A DNA stretch of 64,000 nucleotides from a virus, in IMG/VR virus record IMGVR_UViG_3300027971_000043, positions 17,731 through 81,730 of that record; one strand, written 5' to 3'. The position numbers and the translations under genes are program-made. The notes beneath the pieces are model-generated. The model made no database searches. It saw only the letters and a list, made by a program, of their open reading frames with translations, and had not been told where the DNA came from. Below are positions 63,018-64,000 of the stretch, one piece after another (position 1 is the first letter of the stretch; each line of letters begins with the position of its first letter).

Positions 63018-64000
63018 TAATTACGTCATCTAGAAACACGCCAGTATCAAGCGGGGTTACCGACACGATCGACTACAAGATCGATGTGTCCAACCTCGGT
63101 CACATCGCCAGTATCCTACGCAAAGCTTACTCTGACCCGATCAGAGCGGTTGTGCGTGAGTATGGCACCAATGCCTGCGAGGGTCACATCCTCAATGGTA
63201 AAACCAACAAGCCCATCCAAGTCTCGCTTCCGACTGGTATGAAGCCAGTCTTTACGATTCGTGACTTCGGACCTGGACTTGGCAAGGAGAAATTCCAAGA
63301 GTTGTTCTGCTCGTATGGCGGTAGCGACAAGCGGACAAGCAATGCCTTCACTGGCTGTCTTGGTATCGGTTGCAAATCGTATGGTGCCTATACGGATGCC
63401 ATCACGGTAACCGATTACAACGGAGTTACCCCCCACAAAGACGGAATCAAGCGTATCTGGAATTGTCACATCGACGAGAGTGAGGTGGGCAAGGCATCGC
63501 TGTTAAGCGAAACCAAGACCAACGAACCCTCTGGGGTGGAGATCTCGATTCCAGTTCGGCCACAAGACATTAGTAGATTCCGCGAAACTGCGATGCAAGT
63601 CTATCGTGTCTTTGATGTCCGTCCCGACATCGTTAACCTATCGCCAGAAGAGAAGAAAACATATGCCACTCAGACATACAAGGATGGCATTATCAAAGGA
63701 ACCAACTGGTCTTTCAATGGCGAAGGTAACAGCTGGCTCCAAATGGGTCTTGTGCTTTATCCGCTCAAGTCCGACTTCTCTGGCTCACCAGTAATCAAGC
63801 AGTTGATTGACGCTGGAGTCTACGTGAGGGTCGATCTTGGCGATGTCCAAGTCGCTCCGTCTCGTGAGGACTTGCAGTATTCGCAGAAGACAATCCAAGG
63901 CTTGGTCAAGCATCTCAATCCAGTCATTGACTCGATGGGGTCGACCTTGCTTGCCGACATTCAATCGGCTCCAGATTACTTCCAAGCTCACTTGATCTTG
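63014..64000 (+). CDS. rIIA: rIIA-like GHKL/HSP90 ATPase protein, truncated by window end
   Basis: Hand-translated YSDPIRAVVREYGTNA, TIRDFGPGL, SYGGSDKR, GCLGIGCKS; missing from the ORF track because there is no stop. Confidence 0.85.
   Translation, partial: MIITSSRNTPVSSGVTDTIDYKIDVSNLGHIASILRKAYSDPIRAVVREYGTNACEGHILNGKTNKPIQVSLPTGMKPVFTIRDFGPGLGKEKFQELFCSYGGSDKRTSNAFTGCLGIGCKSYGAYTDAITVTDYNGVTPHKDGIKRIWNCHIDESEVGKASLLSETKTNEPSGVEISIPVRPQDISRFRETAMQVYRVFDVRPDIVNLSPEEKKTYATQTYKDGIIKGTNWSFNGEGNSWLQMGLVLYPLKSDFSGSPVIKQLIDAGVYVRVDLGDVQVAPSREDLQYSQKTIQGLVKHLNPVIDSMGSTLLADIQSAPDYFQAHLIL

Noticed and set aside
1-64000. Prophage boundaries, tRNAs or stop-codon recoding
   Set aside because: No integrase, host genes or cloverleaf seen; genes are intact in the standard code and use all three stops

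Overview
The whole window is part of a dsDNA tailed phage genome with a podovirus-like gene set. No host genes, integrase, tRNA, rRNA or CRISPR array were seen. (1) 891-40588, minus strand, is the virion and lysis module: terminase large subunit, portal, scaffold, major capsid, decoration proteins, lipoprotein spanin candidate, holin, CHAP endolysin, tail/nozzle proteins, Ig and delta-60 proteins, three internal (ejected) proteins including a 3750-aa polyvalent helicase, a GH73 hydrolase and a run of tiny basic proteins. (2) 40646-49840, plus strand, is replication: resolvase, SF2 helicase, a split Cas4-like nuclease, SSB, family-A polymerase and primase-helicase. (3) 49856-55133 is accessory: 3D protein, HtrA protease, an origin-like G/C repeat region, two glycosyltransferases and dCMP deaminase. 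(4) 55200-64000 holds a terS-like gene and a dense early region of small genes ending in a truncated rIIA. Main leads, all by eye and untested: a sigma-factor-like domain inside the giant ejected protein together with a distinct GAAGGGGG-N14/15-CGTATA motif before the early genes; a multi-hairpin capsid-gene leader with duplicated loops; an LG[KR] terminal motif shared by six small virion-module proteins; a covarying hairpin element repeated in the early region; and a genome-wide TTGAC-N16 promoter class with near-leaderless transcripts.
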